Assembly (NCBI RefSeq): GCF_946477725.1
Contig: NZ_CAMKZC010000008.1
Location: forward strand, 10,812 to 74,811
From: an uncultured Lactobacillus sp.
GTDB taxonomy: Bacteria > Bacillota > Bacilli > Lactobacillales > Lactobacillaceae
Reading direction: 5' to 3'
Length of the DNA stretch: 64,000 nucleotides
Below are positions 30,621-39,557 of the stretch, piece after piece; the first letter of the stretch is position 1, and each line of letters opens with the position of its first letter. Below the pieces are notes generated by a model that saw only the letters and a list, made by a program, of their open reading frames with translations, was not told the origin of the DNA and did no database searches. Position numbers and translations under genes: made by a program.

Positions 30621-31558
30621 GTATACCTATGTAGTATCACTTGTGGCAAAAGAAAATTCAATATTCCATAGTAATGCACTTAAAAATGAGATTGGGGGTA
30701 GGTATAGACATAAAATTAAACTATTAAATAAAATTATTTGGTAGTTTTAGAGCAAAAAGAAAAAGCCATTTATCATTTTGCTTCCTTATTAATGATATAT
30801 ACAAAGAAGCAAAATCGCAATAAAAAACTGTTTTTATTGCATTATATTGGTTAGCAATCACAGCTAATTATCTTTACACAATATAAATGTGTAGCATATA
30901 AAATCTTTATGAATGTAAGTAATTCAATTAGTTGGTTAAGTGATAACTATTCTAATCTGATTATCACCTAGGTTGCTAATCAATGTACTTTTAAAAAATT
31001 TTTATTTATGAGTAATACATAAGAATTAAAGTTGTTTCAGGATTAAACAATCGATAAGAATGAATTTAAAGTAGATAAGTTGGGTAGTCAAACACTAAAT
31101 TTTACTGTAGTAATTTAGTTTGTTAAACCGAATTACCGGTAATTCTTTTATCTATACTAGAAATGATTATTCTAGCAATATTATTTAATATATTAATCCT
31201 ATTATAAAAATTAAAAGTTCAGATTAAAAAAGTCCAAGAGGTTTTACAAAAACTTTATCAAAACAATAAAAAAATAAATATCACTAACGATCATTAAAAA
31301 GCTATTAAATTAATACTGACCTCAAAGGCAGCAGAAACTTCTTTTATGATCGTTATAGCACTAATTTTTTAAAGTCTAGGTGCTTCATTATTTGTAAACA
31401 GAAAGGAGAGTGATTTTAATAAGATGAACCCTTAAATACTACCTCTTCTACTGTGAATATTTAATTTTTATTGTTTTTAGTGTTTATTCATATTAATATA
31501 ATTTTTTCTATCTAAATAAGTATGTTTTAATCGCAGTTTAGTAATGTATTTAATGGGT

Positions 31559-31586
31559 AAAAGTAGCACGAAAGTGCTACTTTTTT
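31559..31586 (+). terminator. Orphan intrinsic terminator with no annotated gene upstream
   Basis: AAAAGTAGCAC, GAAA tetraloop, GTGCTAC, then T6 (31581-31586). Confidence 0.6.
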
Positions 31587-31773
31587 GTTGTGCTTAATAA
31601 TATAAAACAGGGTCCAAATCACTTCAAATATTACTTTTAATAAAAAGAATAAAAGATAAACCTTAACTATTTTATAAAATTAGTATATGCAAAATTTTAG
31701 TTTTTGGTAAATAAAAAGTAAAAATTTATTTTTTTGCGTATTTAATATTAGTACAAAGAAAAGGAGTGAATTG

Positions 31774-32748
31774 ATGAGAATCAAAGATACAGTTAACAAT
31801 TTGATTGAAGAAGCAATAAATAAACGTACAAGTGATATTTTTTTCTTATTGCAGAGAAATAAGTTAGCGGTTAATTTTAAAACAATTGCAGGAATCAAAA
31901 ATCAAGCTCACTATCCAGTGAATGAAGGGAAAGAAATAATTAATTTTTTGAAATTTGGTGCTCAAATGGATATAGCTGAACATCGCAGACCTCAAGTGGG
32001 AGCTTTTGAATATGAGTATAAAAATGTTGTGTACTATTTAAGACTTTCCAGCATTGGGGATTTTAATGATAATGAATCTTTAGTTGTTAGGATTATTTAT
32101 CAAATTGATTCTGGCAAATATTTTTTTAATAGGCAAATTGAAAAGTTAACAGACTTAACTAGAAGAAGGGGATTGATAATTACCAGTGGGCCAACAGGAT
32201 CGGGTAAAACAACTACTATGTATAATTTGGCAAAAATAGTAGGTAAAAACCAAATGGTAATGACTATTGAAGATCCTGTTGAAATTCAAGAGGCGGATTT
32301 CTTACAAACACAGGTTAATTTAGCAGCTGATATTAGCTATGAGGGACTACTTGAAGCATCTTTGCGCCATCGACCAGACATTCTGATTATTGGAGAAATT
32401 AGAAATAAAGTCACTGCAAGATTAGCTGTAGATGCAGCTTTAAGTGGCCACCTTGTCTTTGCTACGGTTCATGCCAAAAGCACTTTACAAACTATTTCTA
32501 GATTAGAAAGTTTACACGTTAGTACAGCAGATTTGTATAACTGTTTGACGGCTGTATGTTATCAACGCCTTTTACCTACAGCAGATGGTTTTGCCTGTTT
32601 GATGGATATTGATAGCGGCTCACAGTTGCAAGAAGATATTAGCCAAGAAAAAAGGGCAGATTTTGTCTCCTGGTTAGAAAATTTAAGTGAGCTCAAAGAA
32701 AGAGGAAAAATAAGTGCGCAAATATTTGAGCAATATCAACAAGGATAA
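31774..32748 (+). CDS. comGA: Competence pseudopilus assembly ATPase
   Basis: Walker A GPTGSGKTT, and Asp-box and His-box regions typical of type II/IV secretion ATPases. AAGGAG lies 7 nt before the ATG at 31774. Confidence 0.85.
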   Translation: MRIKDTVNNLIEEAINKRTSDIFFLLQRNKLAVNFKTIAGIKNQAHYPVNEGKEIINFLKFGAQMDIAEHRRPQVGAFEYEYKNVVYYLRLSSIGDFNDNESLVVRIIYQIDSGKYFFNRQIEKLTDLTRRRGLIITSGPTGSGKTTTMYNLAKIVGKNQMVMTIEDPVEIQEADFLQTQVNLAADISYEGLLEASLRHRPDILIIGEIRNKVTARLAVDAALSGHLVFATVHAKSTLQTISRLESLHVSTADLYNCLTAVCYQRLLPTADGFACLMDIDSGSQLQEDISQEKRADFVSWLENLSELKERGKISAQIFEQYQQG

Positions 32749-33718
32749 ATTAACGAGTAAAGAACGACTAGAGTTTTTAGAATATTTACAAAATAGTTTA
32801 TCTAACGGCTTTTCCCTTAATGCGAGTTTAGAAATGATGCCTGTAATATGGCCCAATAGAAAAAATATTTTTAATAAATTGTGTACTGAAATTCATGCCG
32901 GAAAGAAATTGAGTTCAGAAATGTTAAAGTTAGGTTTTTCTAAAACAATAGCAACTCAAATCGAATTATCAATGGCACAAGGAAATTTAATTGATTGCTT
33001 GACTCAAATTGCCACATTGAATCGCTTGAAAAATGATCAGCTTAAAAAACTAAAATCTGAGCTGACCTATCCATTTGTTTTAGTTTTGATGATGATTTTC
33101 CTTTTACTATTTATGCAAACTTTTGTCGCAAATCAATTTGCTGAATCTGGTGAACATACTGGCGATTATATGTTGTTAATTTTATTATTTTCCTGCTTAG
33201 TAATAATTTATTTTATGAGTAAAGTGTTACTTTTACTAAAAAAGCAAGATTATGCTTCTCTACGTAAACTGAGGCATTTTCCCATTATTGGGCCCTTAGT
33301 TCAAATATACGTGGAATATATTTTAATTTACGATGTTGGACTTTTGCTTGCGAGTGGGTTCTCTTTACAAAAAATTTGTGATTATGCTGCTATGCAGGTG
33401 GAGGGCTCATTACAACAACAAATTGGCTTGAGTGTGGGTAAGCAGTTGGCTCAGGGAATAAGTCCTGACTTAATAATCAAAAAAGAGGATTTTTTACCGA
33501 ATGAATTACTTTTGTTATTACAAACCGGTTCAAAGAAAATAGATTTAAGTAAAAAATTCATGCTTCTAGGACACGCACTTTTTAATGAATTAGCACAAAG
33601 AATAGAAAAGTTAATTGTAAATATACAACCTTTTTGTTTTATTTTAATTGGATTATGCATTATTGGCTTATATTTGAAGCTATTATTACCAATGTATGCA
33701 ATGATGCAAAAAATTTGA
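32714..33718 (+). CDS. comGB: Competence pseudopilus platform protein (GspF-like)
   Basis: 334 aa and polytopic, with two T2SF-like repeats. The GTG start overlaps the end of comGA. Confidence 0.78.
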   Translation: MRKYLSNINKDKLTSKERLEFLEYLQNSLSNGFSLNASLEMMPVIWPNRKNIFNKLCTEIHAGKKLSSEMLKLGFSKTIATQIELSMAQGNLIDCLTQIATLNRLKNDQLKKLKSELTYPFVLVLMMIFLLLFMQTFVANQFAESGEHTGDYMLLILLFSCLVIIYFMSKVLLLLKKQDYASLRKLRHFPIIGPLVQIYVEYILIYDVGLLLASGFSLQKICDYAAMQVEGSLQQQIGLSVGKQLAQGISPDLIIKKEDFLPNELLLLLQTGSKKIDLSKKFMLLGHALFNELAQRIEKLIVNIQPFCFILIGLCIIGLYLKLLLPMYAMMQKI

Positions 33719-33724
33719 GGAATA

Positions 33725-34066
33725 ATGATGAAGAAAAAAATACTAAATTTGATATCGAAAAAGAGTAAAGTTAAGGGATTTACTTTAATAGAAATGGTAG
33801 TTGTAGTTGCAATAATTATGATGCTTTTAGTGATTATTGCCCCGAACTTAGCCAAACAGAAAAACAATGCAAATAAAAAAACGGATGATGCCTTTAAATC
33901 AACTTTACAAACTCAAGTAACTTTATATGAAGATGATAAAGATCGTAATGGTAAGACAATCAGTTTTCAGAATATGTTTGAAGATGGTTATTTAACTAAG
34001 AAGCAACTAACAAAGTCGAAGGACTATGCTGTAAAAGATGGTATCGTTGAAAAGAATGCTAAATAA
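33725..34066 (+). CDS. comGC: Major competence pseudopilin
   Basis: Prepilin leader and cleavage motif KGFTLIEMVVVVAII. Confidence 0.82.
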   Translation: MMKKKILNLISKKSKVKGFTLIEMVVVVAIIMMLLVIIAPNLAKQKNNANKKTDDAFKSTLQTQVTLYEDDKDRNGKTISFQNMFEDGYLTKKQLTKSKDYAVKDGIVEKNAK

Positions 34067-34478
34067 AGCTAATTTAAAAGGATTTACTATAATTGAAGTG
34101 GTCATTACTTTGACTATAGCAATAATCATTACCGGTATAGGTGCAATAGAGTTAAAAGCTTATAAAGAAAAATTAATTTTAGAGAATACAGTTGCAGAAA
34201 TTAGGAGTGCAGTAGAACAAGCTGCTCGTGTTTCAGCAACAAGCAAAAAAGCATGTGTTATTAGGTATTTTCCGAATGCAAAAGAAATAGAATTTGTCGG
34301 AGAAAATTATTTTAAATCGATAAAAATAAGCCAGCCAATACATGTTTATAATTTGTCTATTTTAAGAATATCAACTACCGGTTCGATGGCGCCTCATACT
34401 ATTACCATCAGTGACGATAAGAATGCACGAAAGATAAAATTACAAATGACTTGGGGACGTGCTATAAATGATTCATAA
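34038..34478 (+). CDS. comGD: Minor competence pseudopilin
   Basis: Prepilin-like motif KGFTIIEVVITL, at the expected position in the operon. Confidence 0.65.
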   Translation: MVSLKRMLNKANLKGFTIIEVVITLTIAIIITGIGAIELKAYKEKLILENTVAEIRSAVEQAARVSATSKKACVIRYFPNAKEIEFVGENYFKSIKISQPIHVYNLSILRISTTGSMAPHTITISDDKNARKIKLQMTWGRAINDS

Positions 34479-34743
34479 AAAAATGTGTGGCTTTTTAGTA
34501 ATGGAGAGCATGATTGGATTAATAATCGCATGTATTGGAATTACCACTGTAGAATTAATAATTGGGGAAAGTAGACTTATTGAAAGGAAAATTGAACGAA
34601 AAACTGACCGTACTTACGCTTGGAACGTGATGAAAAAAACCAACGTTAAACAGGTAATGGTACATGACCGCCTTTATCGCTTTGTAGATAATAAAAAAAT
34701 TCTCGATGTAAAAAATAATAAAAAATATGAAATTAAAAAGTAA
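34468..34743 (+). CDS. comGE: Minor competence pseudopilin
   Basis: Degenerate prepilin-like N terminus (GFLVMESMIGLIIA), at the expected position in the operon. Confidence 0.5.
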   Translation: MIHKKMCGFLVMESMIGLIIACIGITTVELIIGESRLIERKIERKTDRTYAWNVMKKTNVKQVMVHDRLYRFVDNKKILDVKNNKKYEIKK

Positions 34744-35236
34744 AGGCTTTATTTTAGCTGAAGCAATGCTCTCAGTTCTTATTACCTTAATTGTAGTATT
34801 GATGTTACAAAATTTGTTAAAGACATTGACATTAGCTAATAAAGCACACCATAAAACAGATGATGTTGTTTTTTCATATGTGCAATTAAATCGGTTTATA
34901 AATGAAGAAAAGGGTATAAAGGCTTATACCTTACCTAAAGATTCAAATTTCTCAAAAGCAGTGTTTGTAAAAACAAATAAGAAGAATGAGACAACTACCT
35001 ATTATTTGACGCTATACAAAGATATGGTACGTGTGACAACACCTAAAGGAGGGCACATGCCTTTATTACTGAATGTTGAAAAAGCTGATTTTCTTACAAA
35101 AGATAGGTTGATTAAAATAAATGTAATGGAAAAAGATGGTAGAAAGTCTGAATTATACTTTAAATTTAATTCTCGTCCCAATTTGAAGAAGAAGGTAGTA
35201 AATGATAAAAAGCAAAAGTTGGAAAATAAGAGGTAA
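34727..35236 (+). CDS. comGF: Minor competence pseudopilin
   Basis: Prepilin-like motif KGFILAEAMLSVLITL, at the expected position in the operon. Confidence 0.6.
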   Translation: MKLKSKGFILAEAMLSVLITLIVVLMLQNLLKTLTLANKAHHKTDDVVFSYVQLNRFINEEKGIKAYTLPKDSNFSKAVFVKTNKKNETTTYYLTLYKDMVRVTTPKGGHMPLLLNVEKADFLTKDRLIKINVMEKDGRKSELYFKFNSRPNLKKKVVNDKKQKLENKR

Positions 35237-35360
35237 CGCACTTTTAAGTAGTGTCTTAGTTTTGACTACCTGTTTAATTTTTATTCAATTTTATTTAGAA
35301 GTTTATCAGGAAAGTATGGAAAATAATTTTTTATTGATTGAATATCTGATTAATAATTGA
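35202..35360 (+). CDS. comGG: Short ComGG-like protein (52 aa), absent from the ORF track
   Basis: The ATG at 35202 overlaps the end of comGF. The product is MIKSKSWKIRGNALLSSVLVLTTCLIFIQFYLEVYQESMENNFLLIEYLINN, with a single N-terminal TM helix as in ComGG. TGA is at 35358-35360. Confidence 0.35.
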   Translation: MIKSKSWKIRGNALLSSVLVLTTCLIFIQFYLEVYQESMENNFLLIEYLINN

Positions 35361-35426
35361 TTTGCTTGCTCTTATAACCTTGTTTCTATTAAAATTAAAA
35401 TGTTTAGGAGATAAGGGGAAGAAATT

Positions 35427-36428
35427 ATGGATAATATAGAAAAACTTTTTAATAATTTTTTGGATTGTGTTAAGTGTTTACAAGAAGCATTGAATGTCTC
35501 TTTGGGTGATGCTCTGGTTGAAACCTTTGACAATTTAGAAAATAATCAGATAAAAGTTGAGTTGGGAGCTCCAGACAAAGAAACTGTTCAAAAATTGAGT
35601 CAAAAGTATGCTAATTTGCACTACGATCAGCTTTCACCAAAAATTAAGATACAAATCTTCACTTTGTTAGTTTTAAAAGCTGTTAATGAAGATGGGCTAG
35701 ATGTTAATCAAATGCCGACTCCACCTGCTATTGCTACTGTTATCGCTATGTTTATGCTCAAGCTTTTGCCAAAAGAAAAACTAATTATTGCTGATCCAGC
35801 AATTGGCACTGGTAATTTGCTATTTTCTGTAGTCAGACAACTAAAAAATTCTAACCATTCTAAGGCGGATTTTGAACTCTTTGGTATCGATAATGATGAA
35901 GAAATGCTAAGCTTTGCGGATATTGCAGCCCATTTGAATAAAATTGATATTGAAATGTTTTGTCAGGATGGTTTAACTCCTTGGATGTTTCCCAGCCCAG
36001 ATGTTGTTGTAAGTGATTTGCCTGTAGGTTATTATCCAGTTGATGAAAACGCTACTAATTTTGCTACTAAATCTGTGAAAGGTCATTCGCTTGCTCACCT
36101 TTTATTTATTGAACAGATTATTAAGAACCTTAGGCCAGCGGGGTATGCTTTTCTACTCGTACCACAGACAATTCTTTCTGGTAAAGGCGGCAGTGACTTC
36201 ATGCCTTGGCTGTCAGAAAAAGTTTTTTTACGATCCATAATTGAATTGCCTGACAATGCTTTTCAAAACAAATTTAACCAGAGATCAATTTTAATTTTTC
36301 AAAATCATGGAAAAAATACCAGAAATAGTGAAGTATTTCTCACAAAGTTAGACTCGTTTAAAAAGGAAGAAGACCTAATAAAGCTTAATGTTAAACTAAA
36401 TGAGTGGTATACTAAAAATATTAATTGA
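35427..36428 (+). CDS. Class I SAM-dependent N6-adenine methyltransferase-like protein (YtxK/ComYH-like)
   Basis: SAM-binding motif I-like IADPAIGTGNLL and motif IV-like DLPVGYYP. It occupies the conserved position between comG and ackA. Confidence 0.72.
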   Translation: MDNIEKLFNNFLDCVKCLQEALNVSLGDALVETFDNLENNQIKVELGAPDKETVQKLSQKYANLHYDQLSPKIKIQIFTLLVLKAVNEDGLDVNQMPTPPAIATVIAMFMLKLLPKEKLIIADPAIGTGNLLFSVVRQLKNSNHSKADFELFGIDNDEEMLSFADIAAHLNKIDIEMFCQDGLTPWMFPSPDVVVSDLPVGYYPVDENATNFATKSVKGHSLAHLLFIEQIIKNLRPAGYAFLLVPQTILSGKGGSDFMPWLSEKVFLRSIIELPDNAFQNKFNQRSILIFQNHGKNTRNSEVFLTKLDSFKKEEDLIKLNVKLNEWYTKNIN

Positions 36429-36473
36429 TTTGTGAAAAGTTTAAATTTCAAGTTTATGGAGGGAATCAAATTT

Positions 36474-37658
36474 ATGAAAAAAGTTTTAGCAATCAACTCA
36501 GGCAGTTCTTCTTTTAAATATAAGTTGTTTGCTTTACCAGAAGAAAAGGTTTTGGCAGAAGGAATTGCCGACAGAGTTGGTATTAATGGCTCCTCTTTCC
36601 AAATTGACCTGGCAAATGGCGAAAAGCATACTGAGAAAGTAGCAATTCCAGATCAGGAAACTGCTGTTAATTTATTGCTTGCGGCTTTGAAGAAATACCA
36701 TGTTGTTAATGATTTAAGTGAAATCGTTGGTGTAGGTCATAGAATAGTTGCGGGTGGCGAGGAATTTACCGATTCGGCACTAATCGACAAGAATAAATTA
36801 CAAAAAATTTATGAGTTAAAAGAATATGCTCCCCTTCATAATCCTGCAGAAGGCAAAGGCATTGAAGCCTTTATGAAATTACTACCAGGTGTTCCTGAAG
36901 TAGGCGTGTTTGATACATCATTTCACCAAACTTTGGATCCTGTTCACTATATGTATTCAATTCCTTATCATTATTATGAAAAATACGGTGTTCGTAAATA
37001 TGGAGCCCATGGTACTTCAGTTCGTTATATAGTTGGTCGTGCCGCTGAAATGCTTGGTAAAGATGCTAAGGACTTGAGACTGATTGTTTGTCATCTTGGT
37101 TCAGGAGCATCAATAACTGCAGTTAAAGGTGGCAAGTCTTTTGATACATCTATGGGATTCACTCCATTAGCAGGCATCACCATGGGTACTCGCTCAGGTG
37201 ATGTCGATCCATCTGTTTTGCAATATATCATGAATAAAGACCATATTGATATTAACGAAATGATTGATATTTTAAATGATAAATCTGGTCTATTAGGTAT
37301 TTCTGAAATTTCCTCAGATATGCGTGACTTAGAGAATAATTCTGATAAAAAAGCTGATCTTGCTAGAGCTATTTTTGTAAATCGTGTCATTCAATATATT
37401 GGTTCTTACATGGTTGAAATGAAAGGTGCAGATGCGATTATTTTCACTGCTGGAGTAGGAGAGCATGATTCTGGTATTCGTGAAAATGTCATGAAATCAT
37501 TTGAATTTATTGGTTTAAAGCCTGATTTAGAAGCCAATAAATCAAATGGTGAAAAATTCATTACCGAGCCAGATTCAAAAATAAAAGCTTTAGTTATCCC
37601 AACTGATGAGGAATTAATGATTGAACGTGATGTTGTTCGTTTAGCTCACTTGAGTTAA
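36474..37658 (+). CDS. ackA: Acetate kinase
   Basis: Begins MKKVLAINSGSSSFKYKLF. Also has HRIVAGG, GAHGTS, CHLGSGAS and FTAGVGE. GGAGGG lies 10 nt upstream of the ATG at 36474. Confidence 0.93.
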   Translation: MKKVLAINSGSSSFKYKLFALPEEKVLAEGIADRVGINGSSFQIDLANGEKHTEKVAIPDQETAVNLLLAALKKYHVVNDLSEIVGVGHRIVAGGEEFTDSALIDKNKLQKIYELKEYAPLHNPAEGKGIEAFMKLLPGVPEVGVFDTSFHQTLDPVHYMYSIPYHYYEKYGVRKYGAHGTSVRYIVGRAAEMLGKDAKDLRLIVCHLGSGASITAVKGGKSFDTSMGFTPLAGITMGTRSGDVDPSVLQYIMNKDHIDINEMIDILNDKSGLLGISEISSDMRDLENNSDKKADLARAIFVNRVIQYIGSYMVEMKGADAIIFTAGVGEHDSGIRENVMKSFEFIGLKPDLEANKSNGEKFITEPDSKIKALVIPTDEELMIERDVVRLAHLS

Positions 37659-37686
37659 TGGTAGAATATTTAATTAAATAGAGAGG

Positions 37687-37715
37687 TCGCTAAGAAGAAC
37701 TTAGCGATTTTTTTT
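37687..37715 (+). terminator. ackA intrinsic terminator
   Basis: TCGCTAAG, loop aagaa, CTTAGCGA, then T8. Confidence 0.8.
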
Positions 37716-37769
37716 ACTTATTTTTGATATTATAGTATTGGAAAAATAATACATAATAATAATGAAATA

Positions 37770-38114
37770 ATATATCTGATTGGCAAAAAGACAGGTTTAG
37801 CTCAAAAATTTCGAGACAAATCTAATGGTGATGGTGCAGTTAGACGGGGGTTAGTAGTTTTTGGTGGTACACAGTTTTTGCCATGGTACTATGTGTTGTT
37901 GCCTGAAAGAAATGTGTCGTCATTGAATGATTTAAAAATGGAGGAAAGAACATTTTTTTAAAGAGATGACAATATTAGGACTGTAATTATACAGGCCTGT
38001 CAGCCGCAAAGAGTTAATTATGATATTTTAGGCAATACCGATAACCTGCTACATGTAGGTGTTTTTCCAAGATATCAAAGAGAAAAGACGGAAAGATTAG
38101 TCAAACTATTTTGA
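37770..38114 (+). pseudogene. Decayed HIT-family (histidine triad) hydrolase gene
   Basis: One frame reads ...GTQFLPWYYVLLPERNVSSLNDLKMEERTFF, then TAA (37959-37961), then ...QACQPQRVNYDILGNTDNLLHVGVFPRY. There is an in-frame stop at a T7 run, no start codon, and LHVGVF replaces the expected HxHxH-type triad. Confidence 0.5.
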
Positions 38115-38215
38115 TTATAGTATGTGCATTATCGGTCTGATTCTGACTATCAAAATGATTAGTTGTTTACTTTGGAAAATAACTGAAAACCTGAAAAATA
38201 GTAAAGGAAAAATAA

Positions 38216-39022
38216 ATGATTAAATTAGTTGCAATTGATGTTGACGATACACTACTAAATAGTAAGGGAAGACTGCTTCAATCTACTATCGAAGTAGTTA
38301 AGAAGGCAGTAGCGCGAGATATTAAGGTAGTGCTCTGTTCTGGACGACCATTGGCTGGTGTAAAGCATTTTTTGAATGAACTAGGCATAGTTCAGGACAA
38401 TCAATACGTTGTTACTTTTAATGGTGCTGTCATTGAGACATTGACAGGTAAGACTCTTCAAAAATCTGGAATTGATCAAGCAACTTACGAAAAGATTGAC
38501 CAATATTCTAAAGAGCATGACGTGGCTTACAATGTTGTCGATGAGAACAGTGCAATTATTACAAGTAATTTAAATGTTAATCGAATCACTATTGTCCAGG
38601 CGTGGGAAAATAGTGCTGGTGTTCTAATCAGAAAGCCTGATGAATTACCTAAAGATGATCAAATAATTAAGGCTGTTTTTGCTGACGAAAAGGACGAGCT
38701 TGACAAAATTGAAGCTGATGTTGTAAAAGCCTTTGGTAAAGAAAATTATGTGGTGCGAGCAGCCGATAATTTTTTAGAAATAATGCATCCAGGTGTTAAC
38801 AAGGGAATAGCACTTGAAATTTTGACAAAAAAACTAGGATTTGAAACTAATGAAGTGATGGCAATTGGCGATGAGCGAAACGACATACCTATGTTTCAAG
38901 TTGCGGGTACATCCGTGGTTATGGCAAATGGTTCTTCTGAGGCAAAAAAACAAGCTGACTTTGAAACTGCATCAAATAATCAAAATGGAATTGCTTTGGC
39001 TTTTGAGCAATTTGTTTTTTAG
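38216..39022 (+). CDS. HAD-superfamily Cof-type phosphatase
   Basis: Begins MIKLVAIDVDDTLL. Also has CSGRP and GDERNDIPM. It is the third Cof-type paralog in the window. Confidence 0.8.
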   Translation: MIKLVAIDVDDTLLNSKGRLLQSTIEVVKKAVARDIKVVLCSGRPLAGVKHFLNELGIVQDNQYVVTFNGAVIETLTGKTLQKSGIDQATYEKIDQYSKEHDVAYNVVDENSAIITSNLNVNRITIVQAWENSAGVLIRKPDELPKDDQIIKAVFADEKDELDKIEADVVKAFGKENYVVRAADNFLEIMHPGVNKGIALEILTKKLGFETNEVMAIGDERNDIPMFQVAGTSVVMANGSSEAKKQADFETASNNQNGIALAFEQFVF

Positions 39023-39069
39023 ATAGAATGCAAGGTTCCGCTCTGACATTAGGCAATTTCGCTATATTA

Positions 39070-39078
39070 TGCTATAAT
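39070..39078 (+). promoter_or_regulatory. Extended -10 element upstream of ssrA
   Basis: TGcTATAAT at 39070-39078, 15 nt before the mature tmRNA 5' end. No good -35 is seen. Confidence 0.4.
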
Positions 39079-39093
39079 TGTATTACCCAAAGC

Positions 39094-39456
39094 GGGGGTG
39101 TTTTGGGATTCGACAGGCGTAGATTCGCATTGACTGCGGTTCGTAGGTCACGTCTACGTAAAAACGTCACAGTTTTATAACTGCAAATAAAGAAAATTCT
39201 TACGCATTAGCTGCCTAGTTTAGGCGCATGTGTTGCTTGTTTTCGGATTACTCACGTCTGAATTCAAGTATCAACTTAGTGAGTTACGTTTAACTACCTC
39301 ATCTGAATAGTTAAAAAGAGTCATTTCAGGTTAGCTAGTCCATACTAGCCCTGTTATATGGCGTTTTGGACTAGTGAAGTTCAAATAATATAACTATAAT
39401 TGTAGATGTCAGTGACGGAATGCGTTTGGACAGGGGTTCAATTCCCCTCACCTCCA
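39094..39456 (+). ncRNA. ssrA: tmRNA (transfer-messenger RNA)
   Basis: The 5' GGGGGUG pairs with the 3' CACCUCC, including a G3-U pair, followed by discriminator A. A T-arm (GGTTCAATTCCCC) is present. The tag ORF is GCA AAT AAA GAA AAT TCT TAC GCA TTA GCT GCC TAG (39183-39218), giving ANKENSYALAA. CCA is not encoded. Confidence 0.9.
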
Positions 39457-39557
39457 TCAATATATTAATAAAGCCCTATGAATAATGATATGACCCTCAA
39501 ATTTGAAGTGCTCCATAATAGTTAGACATTAATCTGACTATTAGGAGCACTTTTTTC

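Noticed and set aside
31130-31145. The perfect 16-bp palindrome GAATTACCGGTAATTC as an independent regulatory site or terminator.
   Set aside because: As a hairpin the stem is only 6 bp of mostly A-U pairs. AT-rich DNA yields such palindromes fairly often. I mention it only as part of the ORF-free-region finding.
31690-31770. A defined ComX/SigH (cin-box-like) promoter upstream of comGA, at T-tract plus GCGTATTT.
   Set aside because: The motif does not match the streptococcal TACGAATA box in either orientation. I do not reliably remember a Lactobacillus SigH consensus. I kept only the weaker statement that no good sigma-A -35 is present.
31680-31898. Minus-strand 72-aa ORF overlapping the comGA start. 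The same applies to 33451..33867, 35002..35241 and 36305..36496 within the comG/methyltransferase region.
   Set aside because: These are antisense to clearly supported genes. They are hydrophobic low-complexity translations of AT-rich DNA with no SD.
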